Assembly (NCBI RefSeq): GCF_963921235.1 | Contig: NC_086107.1 | Location: 105,092,001 to 105,156,000 of the forward strand | Direction: 5' to 3' | DNA from: Mobula hypostoma | Taxonomy: Eukaryota | Length of the DNA: 64,000 nucleotides | Shown here: piece by piece, positions 62,071 through 64,000 of the stretch | How positions within the stretch are numbered: position 1 is the stretch's first letter | How the letters are laid out: each line of letters starts with the position of its first letter | The notes under the pieces: generated by a model | Database searches by the model: none | Told to the model about the DNA's origin: nothing | Seen by the model: only the letters and a program-made list of their open reading frames with translations | Position numbers and translations under genes: made by a program

Positions 62071-64000
62071 CATGTGCTGGGTGAGGGACAGGTGGCAGAG
62101 AGGGTGTGCCTGGGGCAGGGGGTGGCACGGGTGCCGACAAACCCAGCCCTGAGACACCAGGCAAGATGATTTGATTCTAAACAATTAGTTTATTGATCAT
62201 TACAGAATGTCTCTCTGGTGCTTCCTGCACCCTCCTCTCTCCCTTCCCCTTTTCCCAACCATGATTTCCCTCCCCCTGCCCCCTTCCCACTCTCAGTCCA
62301 CAATAGAAACTCATATCAGAATCAGGTTTATCATCACTCACACGTCATGAATTTTTTTTGTGGTAGCAGTACGGTGCAATACATAAAATTACTACAGTAC
62401 TGTGCAAAACTTTTAGATATTTTAGCTATATATGTATGTGCCTAAGACTTTTGCATGGTTCTATGTGCATATGACCTCAGAATTCTGTACAAATCAGTTG
62501 AATCTTTCCTCAAGCATCTTTGTTTCAGAATATAATGACCCCAGCCATAGCAGTCTCTCCCCCCATGACTCTAATTCTCTACACTGGCAATATCCTTGCA
62601 GTCTTTAGCCCACTCTAATAATGCAATAGCATCCTAACCTGGTGCAATAATTAGGACTTTAATTATGGGTGAGCTAATGTTTAGTGTAGTTCCAGCATTA
62701 TTGTCCTATTATTGTATACCAAACTTTGACCAAGAAGTATTCTTTATCTTCAACCTCATCTTCCTGCCCCCTCTGTTGTTGTCTATGGTCATTCACTTCA
62801 ATTCCCCTACATTGTTCTGCATCCTACCATTTGCCATGTGTTCTCTCTCCAGGTGGATTTTCCATGTCTTCCAAGAGTTTTCCACCTACCTGACCAATCT
62901 CTTGGCATCTTCCTGCATCCTACAAATGATTTGTGGGAAGGGAGAGCTTCTGGGGCTTCAATGTTTCTATGATTCATTCTATGGAGTGGTCTAGTCTGTG
63001 CTGCAGTGACCCTATGACTCTCTGACGCCTTGTTTCGCGGATGTCGGTGAAGAGTAAGAATTTCAGGTTGTACACTGAATACATTCTCTGATATTAAATT
63101 GAACCTTTGAACCTTTGAACTTCCTCAACCTCATCCTTCCCATCACACTTGGTATCATCTGAAACCCACGCCCCTGCATTTAACTCATTAGTATACACCA
63201 TGAAAGGTAAGTTCCATGACATAATGATATGCCCAATTTGGAGACTGATGCAATTGCAAGTTAGAATGTAAACTAAATCAGTGCTGATCAGTCCCATTTC
63301 AACCACCAGCTAATAGCATTTCAGGATTTAATTTCACTTAATGGATTTGACTAATCATCTTGCTGATCTGCCCATCCAGTACATGTCCACTGTTGATTCT
63401 GATTTCAGGTAATCCTTTTTTACCTAGCTAACTCATGTTGTAAAGGACCTTTGAGTACTTCTTCGGAAGGCTATATCCCACTTACATGAAAGCAGAGAGC
63501 ACTGGAAATACTCAGCATCTGTGGAGAGAGAAAACCGAGTCAAAATTTGTAAACACAATAGATTCTGCAGATGCTGGAAATCCAGAGCAACACGCACAAG
63601 ATGCTGGAGGAGCAATGCGAGGTCAGACAGCATCTATGGAGGGGAATAAACAGTCAACGTTTCGTGCTGAGACCCTTCATCAGGATTTGGAATAAACAGT
63701 CGACGTTTTGATCAGGACCTGACCTCAAGTCCTGAAGAAGGATCTTTGCCCTGAGCATTGTCTGTTTATTCTTTTTCATAAATGCTGCCTGACCTTCTGA
63801 GTTCCTCCAGCATTTTCTGTGTGTGTGTATTGCACAGAATCAAAACTGCAGACTAACCATCTCTTTTGAACATCCCAGTTTCACCTGGTCCAATATTCCT
63901 CCAACAGAATTTGCTTTCCAAGCATGGAAACAACTGTGAGTCCATAGAGACTGTGATGACTAAAATAACCAGGCAAAATTAGTATGTCACCAATGACTCA

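Overview
Eukaryotic, repeat-rich vertebrate genomic DNA. The repeat families suggest a cartilaginous fish, probably a ray (inference). Three spliced genes can be assembled by hand. (1) The last three coding exons of WBP11 (+, 1294-8584). (2) A multi-exon CCDC96/CFAP184-like coiled-coil ciliary gene (+, 11 proposed exons, 14569-51445, about 521 aa) with a candidate RFX X-box at its start. (3) A complete 81-aa photoreceptor PDE6 gamma subunit gene, most likely PDE6H (-, CDS 57679-52576), with clustered CRX/OTX-type sites upstream; it ends tail-to-tail with the CCDC96-like gene. Introns and intergenic DNA contain CR1, Rex1/Babar-like and RTE LINE pieces, tRNA-derived SINEs, Tc1/pogo relics, solo LTRs and Penelope-like elements. 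The most notable signals are RNA-structural. First, a non-autonomous RTE-derived element is present in three copies that all start at the same nucleotide, the first base of a predicted HDV-like ribozyme fold. Second, two Penelope-derived families carry minimal hammerhead ribozyme motifs; one has at least nine short insertions with 11-15 bp target-site duplications, including a tandem hammerhead pair in sense orientation in the predicted PDE6H 3' UTR. Third, there are several fold-back palindromes. All structures were folded by eye, and no database searches were run.
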